Source of the DNA: Hyphomicrobiaceae bacterium
GTDB lineage: Bacteria > Pseudomonadota > Alphaproteobacteria > Rhizobiales > Hyphomicrobiaceae
Length of the DNA: 64,000 nt
Assembly: GCA_035574175.1 (NCBI GenBank)
Contig: DATLZB010000109.1
Coordinates: forward strand, 310-64,309
Direction of reading: 5' to 3'
Position 1 is the first letter of the stretch. Each line of letters begins with the position of its first letter. Of this stretch, positions 28,403 to 37,192 are shown piece after piece. The notes under the pieces are model-generated. The model did no database searches and was not told the DNA's origin. It worked only from the letters and a program-made list of their open reading frames with translations. The translations under genes and the position numbers were made by a program.

Positions 28403-29887
28403 ATGCAGGACAAGGCGAGATCGGCCACTGAACACAACCTCATCAAGGGGGCGACGGGTGATTGGGAGGTGGTGGTCGGCATGGAGGTGCATGCCCAGGT
28501 CAATTCCCGGGCGAAGCTCTTCTCCGGCGCCTCGACCGCGTTCGGGGCGGAGCCCAACGCGCAGGTTTCGCTCGTCGATGCAGCGATGCCGGGCATGCTG
28601 CCGGTGATCAACGGCGAGTGCGTGGCACAGGCGGTGCGCACCGGTCTCGGCCTCAGGGCCAAGATCAATCTGGTCAGCGTGTTCGACCGCAAGAACTACT
28701 TCTATCCCGACCTTCCGCAGGGCTACCAGATCAGCCAGTACAAGCAGCCGATCGTCGGCGAGGGCGAGGTCGAGGCGGAGGCGGACGGGGAGACGTTCAG
28801 GGTCGGCATCGAGCGGCTGCACCTCGAACAGGACGCCGGCAAGTCCATCCACGACCGGCATCCGGATCATTCCTACGTGGATTTGAACCGTGCCGGCGTG
28901 GCGCTGATGGAGATCGTGTCGAAGCCGGACATCCGCTCGGCCAGGCAGGCGCAAGCGTTCATTTCCAAGCTCAGAACCATCCTGCGCTATCTCGGCACTT
29001 CGGACGGCGACATGGAGAAGGGCAACCTGCGCGCCGACGTAAACGTGTCGGTGCGGCGGGCTGGCGAGAGCAAACTTGGTACGCGCTGCGAGATCAAGAA
29101 TTTGAACTCGGTCCGATTCATCGGCCAAGCGATCGAGGCGGAGGCGCGCCGCCAAATCGACATCCTTGAGGAGGGGGGGGTGATCGAGCAGGAGACGCGG
29201 CTGTTCGACCCGGCCAAGGGCGAGACCCGCTCGATGCGTACCAAGGAGGAGGCGCATGACTACCGCTACTTTCCCGATCCGGACCTGTTGCCGCTCGAGC
29301 TGACGCAAGAGTACGTGGACGGCCTGAAGCACGATCTGCCCGAGCTGCCTGACGCCAAGAAGGCGCGGTTCATGAAGGAATACGGGCTCTCCGCCTACGA
29401 CGCCGGCGTGCTGGTCGCCGAGCGCGAGAGCGCGGATTATTTTGAAGCGGTCGCCAAGGGCCGCGACGGCAAGCTTTCCGCCAACTGGGTCATCAACGAG
29501 CTGTTCGGCCGTCTCAACAAGGAAGGCAAGGATATCTCGGCCTCGCCGGTGTCGGCGGGGCAGCTCGGCGCCATCCTCGACCTGATCGAATCGGGCGCCA
29601 TCTCCGGCAAGATCGCCAAGGAGCTGTTCGAGATCGTATGGGCGGAGGGCGGCGATCCGGCACAAATCGTCGAAGAGCGCGGCATGAAGCAGGTCACCGA
29701 CACAGGCGCAATCGAGGCCGCCGTCGATTCCGTGATCGCCGCCAATCCCGACAAAGTCGCGCAGGCCAAAGCCAAGCCCGCCGCGCTCGGCTGGTTCGTC
29801 GGTCAGGTGATGAAAGCGACCGGCGGCAAGGCCAACCCGCAGGCGGTCAACGAGCTGCTCAGGAAGAAGATCGGGCTCCAGCCCTGA
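28403..29887 (+). CDS. gatB: Asp-tRNA(Asn)/Glu-tRNA(Gln) amidotransferase subunit B
   Basis: [22 protein letters not shown]..., [17 protein letters not shown] and the C-terminal GatB/YqeY domain ...[18 protein letters not shown]. 494 aa. Confidence 0.95.
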   Translation: MQDKARSATEHNLIKGATGDWEVVVGMEVHAQVNSRAKLFSGASTAFGAEPNAQVSLVDAAMPGMLPVINGECVAQAVRTGLGLRAKINLVSVFDRKNYFYPDLPQGYQISQYKQPIVGEGEVEAEADGETFRVGIERLHLEQDAGKSIHDRHPDHSYVDLNRAGVALMEIVSKPDIRSARQAQAFISKLRTILRYLGTSDGDMEKGNLRADVNVSVRRAGESKLGTRCEIKNLNSVRFIGQAIEAEARRQIDILEEGGVIEQETRLFDPAKGETRSMRTKEEAHDYRYFPDPDLLPLELTQEYVDGLKHDLPELPDAKKARFMKEYGLSAYDAGVLVAERESADYFEAVAKGRDGKLSANWVINELFGRLNKEGKDISASPVSAGQLGAILDLIESGAISGKIAKELFEIVWAEGGDPAQIVEERGMKQVTDTGAIEAAVDSVIAANPDKVAQAKAKPAALGWFVGQVMKATGGKANPQAVNELLRKKIGLQP

Positions 29888-29963
29888 CGGAGCGTCTTCC
29901 GCGGCACGGGCCGGGGACTGCTCTACAGCCGCATCGTCCGCGACTTGCGACGGAGGATCTTGC

Positions 29964-30150
29964 ATGGTGGATGCGCAGTCGGTGGACAGGCCTGCCAACC
30001 CGGGCATCGCCCAGTTCTTCGCCGCGATACCGGCGGCTGTTCTGACCATCCGATTGACGGCTGGTTCGTCGGGCAGGTGAACGTGCCTCGCGCCGTGGGT
30101 TCCGGAAAGCCTATCCCGCCTCGCAGCCTTCGGGTGCTGCGCCAGCTTGC
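29964..30150 (+). pseudogene. decayed partial duplicate of the gatB 3' end
   Basis: 30059-30080 (ggctggttcgtcgggcaggtga) matches gatB 29789-29810 at 21 of 22 nt. Flanking translations parallel the gatB tail. VDAQSVDRPANPGIAQ resembles [14 protein letters not shown], and GWFVGQVNVPRAVGSGKPIPP...LRVLRQL resembles [18 protein letters not shown]...ELLRKK. A frame change separates the two parts. Confidence 0.4.
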
Positions 30151-30202
30151 TCGTTTCCGGACTGCTTGGGCCCTCCAAGTTGGTCCGGGCTCGGGGGCGC
30201 GC

Positions 30203-30958
30203 TCAATCGCTGCCCGGCAGAATGGCGGTGACGCCGCCGTCGACGAAGAGCTCCGAGCCGGTGATGAAATCGGCGTCGTCGGAGGCCAGGAACAAGAGCG
30301 CGCGGGCGACGTCCTCGGGCACGCCGGGCCGGTTCATGCGCAGGTTGCGGACCGGCCGGTCGGGGTTGAACGTGTCCTTGCCGACGGGCGAGCCGATCTT
30401 GTTCGGCACGAGGGTCATGACGCGGATGTTGTGGGGGGCGAGCTGGATCGCCATGGAGCGGGTGAGGTTGCGCACGCCGCCCTTGGCGGCGGTGTAGGCG
30501 ATGGCGCGGGGCCGGCCGAAGTAGCCCGACGTCGAGCCGACATTGACGATGACGCCGCCCGAGCCCTGCGCGACCATCGCTTTCGCCACGTGCTTGCCCA
30601 TCAGGAACGGGCCGGTGAGCGTGACGGCGATGACGCGGTCCCACTCCTGCTTGGTGATATCCAGGATGTGCTTGTTGTCGGAGATCGCCACGTTGTTGAT
30701 CAGGATGTCGATGCGGCCGAAGGCGGCGCTCACGTCCCGGATGAGCGCCTCGACCTGCGCCTCCTCGGACACGTCGGCAACGAAGGGGCGGGCCGTGCCG
30801 CCCGCGGAGCTGATTACGGCAGCGACCCTCTCGGCGCGGTCCTCGTCGAGATCGACGACGGCGACCTTGGCGCCTTCGCGCGCGAACAGCCTGGCGGTTG
30901 CTTCACCGATGTTGCGGCCCGCCCCAGTGACGATGGCCGCCTTGCCTGCAAGCCTCAT
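30203..30958 (-). CDS. SDR family oxidoreductase
   Basis: Cofactor motif AAIVTGAGRNIG and catalytic YTAAKGG (YxxxK). ATG 30958 overlaps the hyuB stop. Confidence 0.85.
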   Translation of the reverse strand: MRLAGKAAIVTGAGRNIGEATARLFAREGAKVAVVDLDEDRAERVAAVISSAGGTARPFVADVSEEAQVEALIRDVSAAFGRIDILINNVAISDNKHILDITKQEWDRVIAVTLTGPFLMGKHVAKAMVAQGSGGVIVNVGSTSGYFGRPRAIAYTAAKGGVRNLTRSMAIQLAPHNIRVMTLVPNKIGSPVGKDTFNPDRPVRNLRMNRPGVPEDVARALLFLASDDADFITGSELFVDGGVTAILPGSD

Positions 30959-32712
30959 GATGCCTCCGACGACATTCCGGCCAGGCGGAGCTCGGTGCGG
31001 CGGGCTTTGGTGGCAGCCTCGTCGAGCCGCCAACGGCCATCCTCGTTGCGCACTATCACACCGTACTGATCGCGCGCAGCCTCGGCAGAAACGTAGCCCT
31101 CGCGCACGTCGTTAAGCACGCGCTCGGCCTCGCGCTCGAGCGGGTCGCCGAACCCGCCGCCGCCGGGTGTTTCCAGGCGGAAGACGTCGCCGGCTTTGAG
31201 CGGGTAATCGGCATAGCGCGTCGGCAGGCGCTTCTCGTCGGGCGTGCCGGGATTGATGCGGATGTCGCCGGTGCGGCCGGGCTTACCGCCGTTGGCGCCG
31301 TTGGCCGGAATAACGTGCTTGGCGGAGCGGATCGAGAAGCGCGCCTCGGCGAGGTTCAAATACTCGCGGCGGATGCCTAATCCCCCGCGGAAGGTGCCCG
31401 GGCCTCCTGAGTCTCGGATCAGTTCGAAACGCAGCACGCGGGTCGGGAACTCGCTTTCGATGATCTCGACCGGGGCGATCTTGGCGTTCGACTGGTTGAC
31501 GTTGGTGCCGGAGGCCCCGTCCTTCACGGCCCGCGCCCCGGCGCCGCCGCCGATGATCTCGTACTGCACGTAGCCCTTGCCGGTGTAGGTGCTGCGCCCG
31601 CCGATGATGATGGAGCGGCTGGCGCAACCGTCGGCGCGGGTGCGCGCCGGCACCAGGTGGCCGACAGCGTCGAAAATGGCATCGACGACAGCGTGTACGG
31701 TCGGATTGTAAGTGTTGACCGGGGCCGGGTAGATGGGATCGAGAACGCTGCCCCGCCGCGTGGTGATGTCGATGGCCGCGAGCAGGCCGCTCGTCACAAA
31801 TATGTGGGGGTCGACGAGCGAGATCAGGCAGTAGGCGCAGGCCGCTTGTACCAGGGGCGGGCGGATGTTGGCCGGCCCGCGCGTCTGGTCTGCCGAGCCC
31901 GAAAAGTCGAAGCGGATGCGGTCGCCCTGCTTGTCGACCACGACGTGGACGCGCACGGGCTTGTTCAGCTCGATGCCGTCGTCGTCAATGAAGCGCTCGG
32001 ACTGGTAGCGTCCGTCGGGCCATTCGGCGATGGCCGCACGCAGCTTGCTCTCGGAGGTGGCGAGGAGTTCGTCTGCGGCAGCCTTGAAGTTAGCGACACC
32101 GTACTTGGCAACCAGCTCGCCCAGGCGCCGCTCGCCTAGGCGCGCAGCGCCGAGCTGACCGCGGATGTCGCCCAGCACCAGCTCCGGGGTGCGGCTGTTG
32201 GCGGCGATGATGCGCTCAACGTCGCCGATAGGCGTGAAGGCGCGCTGGTAGCGGACGGGGGGAAGCTGCAGGCCCTCGTTGAATACCTCTCGCGCCTGGC
32301 CGGAGCAACTTCCCGGCACCGGGCCGCCGATGTCGCCCTTGTGCGCGATGCTGGCGCAGAAGCCCAAATGCGTGCCTTCGTAGAACACCGGCGTGAAGAC
32401 AGCCATGTCGGGCGCGTGCGGGCTGCCACCCAGATAGGGGTCATTGATGAGGAAGGCGTCGCCCTCGGCGATGTCACCTGAATAGATTTTGAGGATCGCG
32501 GCGCAGCAGGCCGGAAAAGCGCCGATGTGCAATGGTAGCACGACGTGCTGGGCGATCACCTTGCCGGAGGCGTCGAGCAGTGCGCAGGAGGCGTCCTGGG
32601 ATTCGCGGATGATGGTGGAGAAGCCGGTGCGGAACAGCGAGTTCTGCATCTCGCGCACGATGCCGCTCAGGCTGGCGCGGATCACCTCGAGCTCGACGGC
32701 GCCGATCGTCAT
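30955..32712 (-). CDS. hyuB: hydantoinase B / oxoprolinase family protein
   Basis: MTIGAVELEVIRASLSGIVREMQNSLFRTGFSTIIRESQDASCALLD is the typical HyuB N-terminus. About 585 aa. ATG 32712 overlaps the hyuA stop (ATGA). Confidence 0.9.
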   Translation of the reverse strand: MTIGAVELEVIRASLSGIVREMQNSLFRTGFSTIIRESQDASCALLDASGKVIAQHVVLPLHIGAFPACCAAILKIYSGDIAEGDAFLINDPYLGGSPHAPDMAVFTPVFYEGTHLGFCASIAHKGDIGGPVPGSCSGQAREVFNEGLQLPPVRYQRAFTPIGDVERIIAANSRTPELVLGDIRGQLGAARLGERRLGELVAKYGVANFKAAADELLATSESKLRAAIAEWPDGRYQSERFIDDDGIELNKPVRVHVVVDKQGDRIRFDFSGSADQTRGPANIRPPLVQAACAYCLISLVDPHIFVTSGLLAAIDITTRRGSVLDPIYPAPVNTYNPTVHAVVDAIFDAVGHLVPARTRADGCASRSIIIGGRSTYTGKGYVQYEIIGGGAGARAVKDGASGTNVNQSNAKIAPVEIIESEFPTRVLRFELIRDSGGPGTFRGGLGIRREYLNLAEARFSIRSAKHVIPANGANGGKPGRTGDIRINPGTPDEKRLPTRYADYPLKAGDVFRLETPGGGGFGDPLEREAERVLNDVREGYVSAEAARDQYGVIVRNEDGRWRLDEAATKARRTELRLAGMSSEAS

Positions 32713-34775
32713 TGCCTCTCGGCCTCGCTGATGATGAGATTCTTGAAGGCATCGACCGAGACCACCTGCCCCGGGTTGACGACGGTGGTGCAGTCGAGCT
32801 GCTCGACGATGGCGGGACCGGCGAAGCTCAATCCAACGTCGAGCTGCTCGCGGCGATACACCGGGCACTCGATCGGCCGACCTGCGAACCGCACCTGCCG
32901 CCGCTCGCGCACGGCATCCTCGAGTTTCATCCCTGCGGGCGCAAAGCGCTCCATCTCGACCGGCGCGACGAGACCCGTCGAGCGGACGCGATAGGTGACG
33001 ATCTCAACCAGTTCCTCGGGCGCAGCGTGGCCGAACTGAAGCCTGTGTTCGGCATCGAAGGCGCGGCGAAGGGCATCGAGATCAGCGGCGCTGCGCAAGG
33101 GTGGGCAGGGAATGGTCAACTCGTAGCCCTGGCCGGCATAGCGCAGGTCGAGGGCGCGGGCGAGGCGGATACGGTCCTTCGCAAAGCCCTCATCCTTAAG
33201 CTCGGCAACGGCCTGCCGCTCCAGGTCGACGAACACTTCATCGAGACCGGCCGGAGTGGCGGCGGTGAACGGCGTCAGCTTCGAGCGCACATAGTCGTGG
33301 CGGACATCCGACATCAAGAGGCCGAGGGCAGAGAACACGCCGGGATAAAGCGGCACGATGACTCCGGCCATCCGCAAGCTGCGGGCGATGTCGCCGGCGT
33401 GGATGGGGCCGGCACCGCCGAAGGCGAGCAGCATGAACTCGCGCAGGTCGTGGCCGCGGATGGTGGAGATGGCCTTGATCGCCTCCTCCATCTTGACGTT
33501 GATGATGCGGATGATGCCTTCGGCGGCGTCCAGAGCGTCGAGCCCGAGGGGGCGGGCGACGGCGGTCTCGATGGCGGCGAGCGCTGCCTTGCGGTCGAGC
33601 CGCATCTGCCCGCCCAGGAAACCGTCCTCGCTCAGGAAGCCCAGCGCCAGGTTGCAGTCGGTGATGGTCGGCAACGTGCCGCCGCGGCCGTAGCAGGCGG
33701 GCCCCGGCACGGCGCCGGCGCTTTCAGGCCCTACCTTAAGCGCGCCGAAGCGGTCAATGCGCGCGATGGTGCCGCCGCCAGCGCTCACCGTATTGATGTC
33801 CATCATCGGCACGGCGAGGTCGCGGCCCTCGATCTTGCCCAGGTTGGCGACAATGGGTTCGCCTTGCGCAATCAGCGCCACGTCACAGGAGGTGCCGCCC
33901 ATGTCGAAGGTGATGATGTTGGCGATACCCGTGGCGCGGGCAAGCGCCACGCCCGCGGTCACACCGCCCGCCGGGCCCGACAGCACGGTGGTCACGGCCT
34001 TCTTTGCGGTTGCCTCGAACGTCGCCGTGCCACCGTTCGACTGCATGATGTATTTCTGGCGAGTGGTCAAACCGGCTGCAGCCAGCCGCTCGCCGAGGCG
34101 CTCGATATAGCGGGCGAGGATCGGCTGGAGGTAGGCGTTGATGACGGTCGTGCTCAGCCGGTAGTACTCGCGAATCTGCGGCACGACCTCCGAGGACAGC
34201 GACACGTTGCAGCCGGGCATCTCCTCGGCGACGATATCGCGTACGCGCCTTTCGTGCTCGGGGCGCAGGAAGGAGAAGAGCAGGCACACGGCCATCGATT
34301 CGATCGAGCGGGAAGCAAGCTCGCGGAGCGTTTCGCGAAGGGCAGCCTCGTCGAGCGGCAGCAGCACCTCGCCGTCGAAGGCCACGCGCTCGCGCACCTC
34401 GCCGGTACGGCTTTGCGGCACGATGAGCGGCGGCTTCTCGTACATCACGTCGAAGATGGCGGGGCCGTGGGGGCGCGCTTGCTCGGCCACCTCGTAGATG
34501 CCGCGGAAGCCTTCGGTCACCAGCAGCCCAGTGCGGGCGCCCTTGCCCTCAAGCAGGGCATTGGTGCCGACCGTGGTGCCGTGGCAGAAGTGGCCGATGG
34601 CGGCCGGCTTCACGCCGCGCGAGATCAGGTGCTCGATGCCATGCAGGATGGCGCGGGATGGATCGTCGGGGGTGGAAGCGAGCTTTAGGATCGAGATCTT
34701 GCCGCTGGCTTCGTCAAGGAACACGAAATCGGAAAAGGTGCCGCCGGTGTCGACGGTTACGCGGTGTGCCCCCAT
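32709..34775 (-). CDS. hyuA: hydantoinase A / oxoprolinase family protein
   Basis: VTVDTGGTFSDFVFLD N-terminus and ...ITFDMGGTSCDVALI... (ASKHA-fold ATPase motifs). 688 aa. Confidence 0.9.
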   Translation of the reverse strand: MGAHRVTVDTGGTFSDFVFLDEASGKISILKLASTPDDPSRAILHGIEHLISRGVKPAAIGHFCHGTTVGTNALLEGKGARTGLLVTEGFRGIYEVAEQARPHGPAIFDVMYEKPPLIVPQSRTGEVRERVAFDGEVLLPLDEAALRETLRELASRSIESMAVCLLFSFLRPEHERRVRDIVAEEMPGCNVSLSSEVVPQIREYYRLSTTVINAYLQPILARYIERLGERLAAAGLTTRQKYIMQSNGGTATFEATAKKAVTTVLSGPAGGVTAGVALARATGIANIITFDMGGTSCDVALIAQGEPIVANLGKIEGRDLAVPMMDINTVSAGGGTIARIDRFGALKVGPESAGAVPGPACYGRGGTLPTITDCNLALGFLSEDGFLGGQMRLDRKAALAAIETAVARPLGLDALDAAEGIIRIINVKMEEAIKAISTIRGHDLREFMLLAFGGAGPIHAGDIARSLRMAGVIVPLYPGVFSALGLLMSDVRHDYVRSKLTPFTAATPAGLDEVFVDLERQAVAELKDEGFAKDRIRLARALDLRYAGQGYELTIPCPPLRSAADLDALRRAFDAEHRLQFGHAAPEELVEIVTYRVRSTGLVAPVEMERFAPAGMKLEDAVRERRQVRFAGRPIECPVYRREQLDVGLSFAGPAIVEQLDCTTVVNPGQVVSVDAFKNLIISEAERQ

Positions 34776-34952
34776 GCCTTGCGCGACCTCCCAACCCGAG
34801 CCCTTGCGGCGGTAGTGGCGGAGGACGACAGAGGTGTCAAGGCGGCGGCCGATGCGCTGCCGCCACCGGGAGCAGGGGTCGCGACTGGACGTCGACGCTG
34901 TCCGGTGTCAGAGAAGAGCGGGCGGCCCTGGAGGTTTGCCGAGCTGGATGAC

Positions 34953-35318
34953 ATGCGCGGGCTGCACGACATCGGCGGACTCCCGGCAGGGCCCGGAGAG
35001 GCGCACGCGCGTGAGCATGAGGTCACCTCCGGGAGAAGCAGATGGAGGCGCTGCGCAGGTTGATCGGCGCCAAGCGGATCGTCGGCGCGCACGAGAACCG
35101 GCGCAAGGAGCTCGGGCAGCGGCGCGCCGTGCTCGCCGAGTCGGTACCGAGATCGGCAACGATGTCGAGGTGCGCGTGCACGATTCGACGGCGGAGATGC
35201 GCTATCTGGTGATCCCCCGCCGGCCGGAGGGAGGGATGAGCTTTCCGGGGCCGAACTCGCTTGGCTCGTCACCCGCGACGCCAAGACCGGGGCCGCCCAA
35301 GCCAAGCTTCCCTTGTAG
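34953..35318 (+). pseudogene. relic of a nitrile hydratase beta-alpha gene pair (internal deletion plus three frameshifts)
   Basis: Frame 0 reads MRGLHDIGGLPAGP (beta-subunit N-terminal MxGxHDxGG). Frame 2 from 35024 reads REKQMEALRRLIGAKRIVGAHENRRKELGQRRAVLAE. Frame 1 from 35143 reads GTEIGNDVEVRVHDSTAEMRYLVIPRRPEG (alpha-subunit C-terminal block). Frame 0 from 35235 reads DELSGAELAWLVTRDAKTGAAQAKLPL then stop (alpha tail, ...LVTRDSMIGV-like). The CxLCSC metal site region is absent. Confidence 0.55.
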
Positions 35319-35702
35319 GACGCGGGTGCTCGGATGGACCTACGCCCCTCCGGCCCGCGTGCGGTCCGCAACTTAGCGCGGTAGGCTGATGTGAGATATC
35401 GGTTTACACGCCGTATCTATTTGACGTAGGCTGAGGGATCGGACGGCTTGGCCGGTCGGACAATCCACGGGGGAGCTTCGGCTGGACCCGACCGAAGCCA
35501 GGCCCATTCCGCGCCCAAGAGGCGCGGCCTTGACGCCTGGATCCGGTCTCTAGGCAGGCGCCGCGGGGGCTTTACGCTGCTCGGTAGGTCTGCGCTGGAG
35601 ACGATCCAGGCGCCAGGAGGTTCGCGGAGTTCGCCCGATGCGGCGTTGGCTACCCCGCTGCAACGCGCGCGTCTGGTGAACGCAGGGGCCCGCCCGCCCC
35701 TA

Positions 35703-35739
35703 CCCCCCGATCGGTCCACCGATCGGGGGGCTTTCGTCA
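35703..35739 (+). terminator. strong GC hairpin, terminator-like
   Basis: Perfect 12-bp stem CCCCCCGATCGG (35703-35714) / CCGATCGGGGGG (35719-35730) with loop TCCA, followed by CTTTCGTC. The opposite strand has no T tract after the stem. Confidence 0.5.
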
Positions 35740-35845
35740 GTGCGGTTTGCCCGCGAGACTTCGCCGCTTGTCAGCGGCCGCGTTTTTCATCAGCCTTTGG
35801 CCCGAATGGGGCGCGCATGCGCTCAGCACCCAATCGGATCGGACG

Positions 35846-36856
35846 ATGCGCTATCTCGTGACCGGCACCGCCGGCTTCATCGGCTACCACCTCGCCAAGC
35901 GGCTGCTCGACGAGGGCCACGAGGTGGTCGGCATCGACGGCTTCACGCCCTACTATGACGTGGCGCTCAAGGAACGGCGCCACGCCATGCTGGCAGCCCG
36001 CAACGGGTTCAAGGGGCACCGCGCGATGCTCGAGGATGCGGCCGCACTGGCGCGGATTTGGTCGGAGGAGACCATCGACGTCGTCGTTCACCTCGCGGCG
36101 CAGGCCGGCGTGCGCTACAGTCTGGAGAACCCGCGCTCCTATGTGGATGCCAACGTGGTCGGCACCTTCAATGTGCTCGAACTGGTGCGCCAGCGCCCGG
36201 TGCGGCACTTGATGGTGGCGTCGACGAGCTCCGTTTACGGCGCAAATGCGTCGCTGCCGTTCCGGGAGACCGACCGCGTCGCCCATCCGCTCACGCTCTA
36301 CGCTGCTACCAAGCAGGCGGGCGAGGTCATGGCTCACTGCTACAGCCATCTGTGGGGTGTGCCCACCACGGCCTTCCGCTTCTTCACCGTGTATGGGCCC
36401 TGGGGGCGGCCGGACATGGCCCTGTTCAAGTTCACCAAGGGGATTCTCGAGGGCACGCCGATCGACGTCTACAACCACGGCCGGATGGAACGCGACTTCA
36501 CCTATATCGACGACTTGGTCGAGGCGATCTACCGCCTGGCGCAACTGCCGCCGTCTCCTCCCGGCGATCGCGGTGGAGCCGAGGAGGACCCCTCGCTGTC
36601 GCCGGTGGCTGCCTACCGATTGGTGAACATCGGCGGCGGCCGCCCGGTGGGTCTCATGGACTTTATCGAAGCGGTGGAACGGGCCGTTGGAAGAGCGAGC
36701 CTGCGCAACTACATGGAGATGCAGGCCGGCGATATCGAGCGCACGAGCGCGAGTGCGGAGATCCTGGAGCGGCTCATCGGCTTCAGGCCGGCAACGCCCA
36801 TCTCAGAAGGGGTCAAGGCGTTCGTCGATTGGTATCGCCAGTACTACGGCGCCTAA
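35846..36856 (+). CDS. NAD-dependent epimerase/dehydratase (UDP-glucuronate 4-epimerase-like)
   Basis: MRYLVTGTAGFIGYHLAKRLL (GxxGxxG) and catalytic YAATKQAGE (YxxxK). 336 aa from ATG 35846. Confidence 0.9.
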   Translation: MRYLVTGTAGFIGYHLAKRLLDEGHEVVGIDGFTPYYDVALKERRHAMLAARNGFKGHRAMLEDAAALARIWSEETIDVVVHLAAQAGVRYSLENPRSYVDANVVGTFNVLELVRQRPVRHLMVASTSSVYGANASLPFRETDRVAHPLTLYAATKQAGEVMAHCYSHLWGVPTTAFRFFTVYGPWGRPDMALFKFTKGILEGTPIDVYNHGRMERDFTYIDDLVEAIYRLAQLPPSPPGDRGGAEEDPSLSPVAAYRLVNIGGGRPVGLMDFIEAVERAVGRASLRNYMEMQAGDIERTSASAEILERLIGFRPATPISEGVKAFVDWYRQYYGA

Positions 36857-36919
36857 ATACGGAGCGTTTCCGGCGGCTGAGGCGAGCGGGCCGGAGAGGT
36901 CGCGAGCGAGGTCCTGCCC

Positions 36920-37192
36920 ATGTCGGTAATCAGCCGCATCAACACGCAGCAGGCGCGGTACAATCCGGAGGCCGTGTTCGATGGCCCGGAACAGCTCCTC
37001 GAGGAGGTGGCCCTCACCCGGGGGCAGAAACTCGCTGCGCTCGAGCAGTGGGCGAAAAGCATCGCGCTCAGGCTCGATGCCACGGCCGAGGGCATGCCGC
37101 CCAGCGGCCGCGAGTCCGATGAGGCCGAGCTGCTGCGCCGCGTGCGCCTGGCCGAGGACAAGCTGCTCGCCCAGTCCTCCGCTTTAAGTTAG
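36920..37192 (+). CDS. hypothetical protein, 90 aa
   Basis: ORF with protein-like, acidic helical composition (…LLEEVALTRGQKLAALEQWAKSIALRLD…). Its end overlaps the convergent GGCT gene by 4 nt. No family recognised. Confidence 0.45.
   Translation: MSVISRINTQQARYNPEAVFDGPEQLLEEVALTRGQKLAALEQWAKSIALRLDATAEGMPPSGRESDEAELLRRVRLAEDKLLAQSSALS

Noticed and set aside
28175-30178. Very long ORFs antisense to well-recognised genes. These are 28175-30178 (667 aa, opposite gatB), 39653-42109 (818 aa, opposite glyS/glyQ) and 13047-14528 (493 aa, opposite the TctC-like gene). Others are 32712-34688 (658 aa, opposite hyuA), 52780-53997 (405 aa, opposite the permease), 13793-15259, 58080-59018 and similar.
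   Set aside because: They are typical shadow ORFs of GC-rich DNA. Their translations are Arg/Gly/Ala/Pro/His-rich low-complexity strings with no motifs. They lie opposite genes with unambiguous family signatures and lack ribosome-binding sites.
34834-35376. The 180-aa ORF as an intact gene.
   Set aside because: Only its residues about 104-135 (GTEIGNDVEVRVHDSTAEMRYLVIPRRPEG) are protein-like. The rest is an Arg-rich out-of-frame reading of the nitrile hydratase relic.
35420-35739. Identification of the hairpin-rich segment as two-piece tmRNA, RNase P RNA, SRP/4.5S RNA, 6S RNA or a cobalamin riboswitch.
   Set aside because: There is no tag reading frame (ANDN...-type), no GGAGGAAAGTCCGGGC P4 element and no CCAGGTCCGGAAGGAAGCAGC-type SRP domain IV. 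There is also no T-arm-like GGTTCGA stem with CCA and no B12 box. It is kept as an unassigned candidate in the findings.
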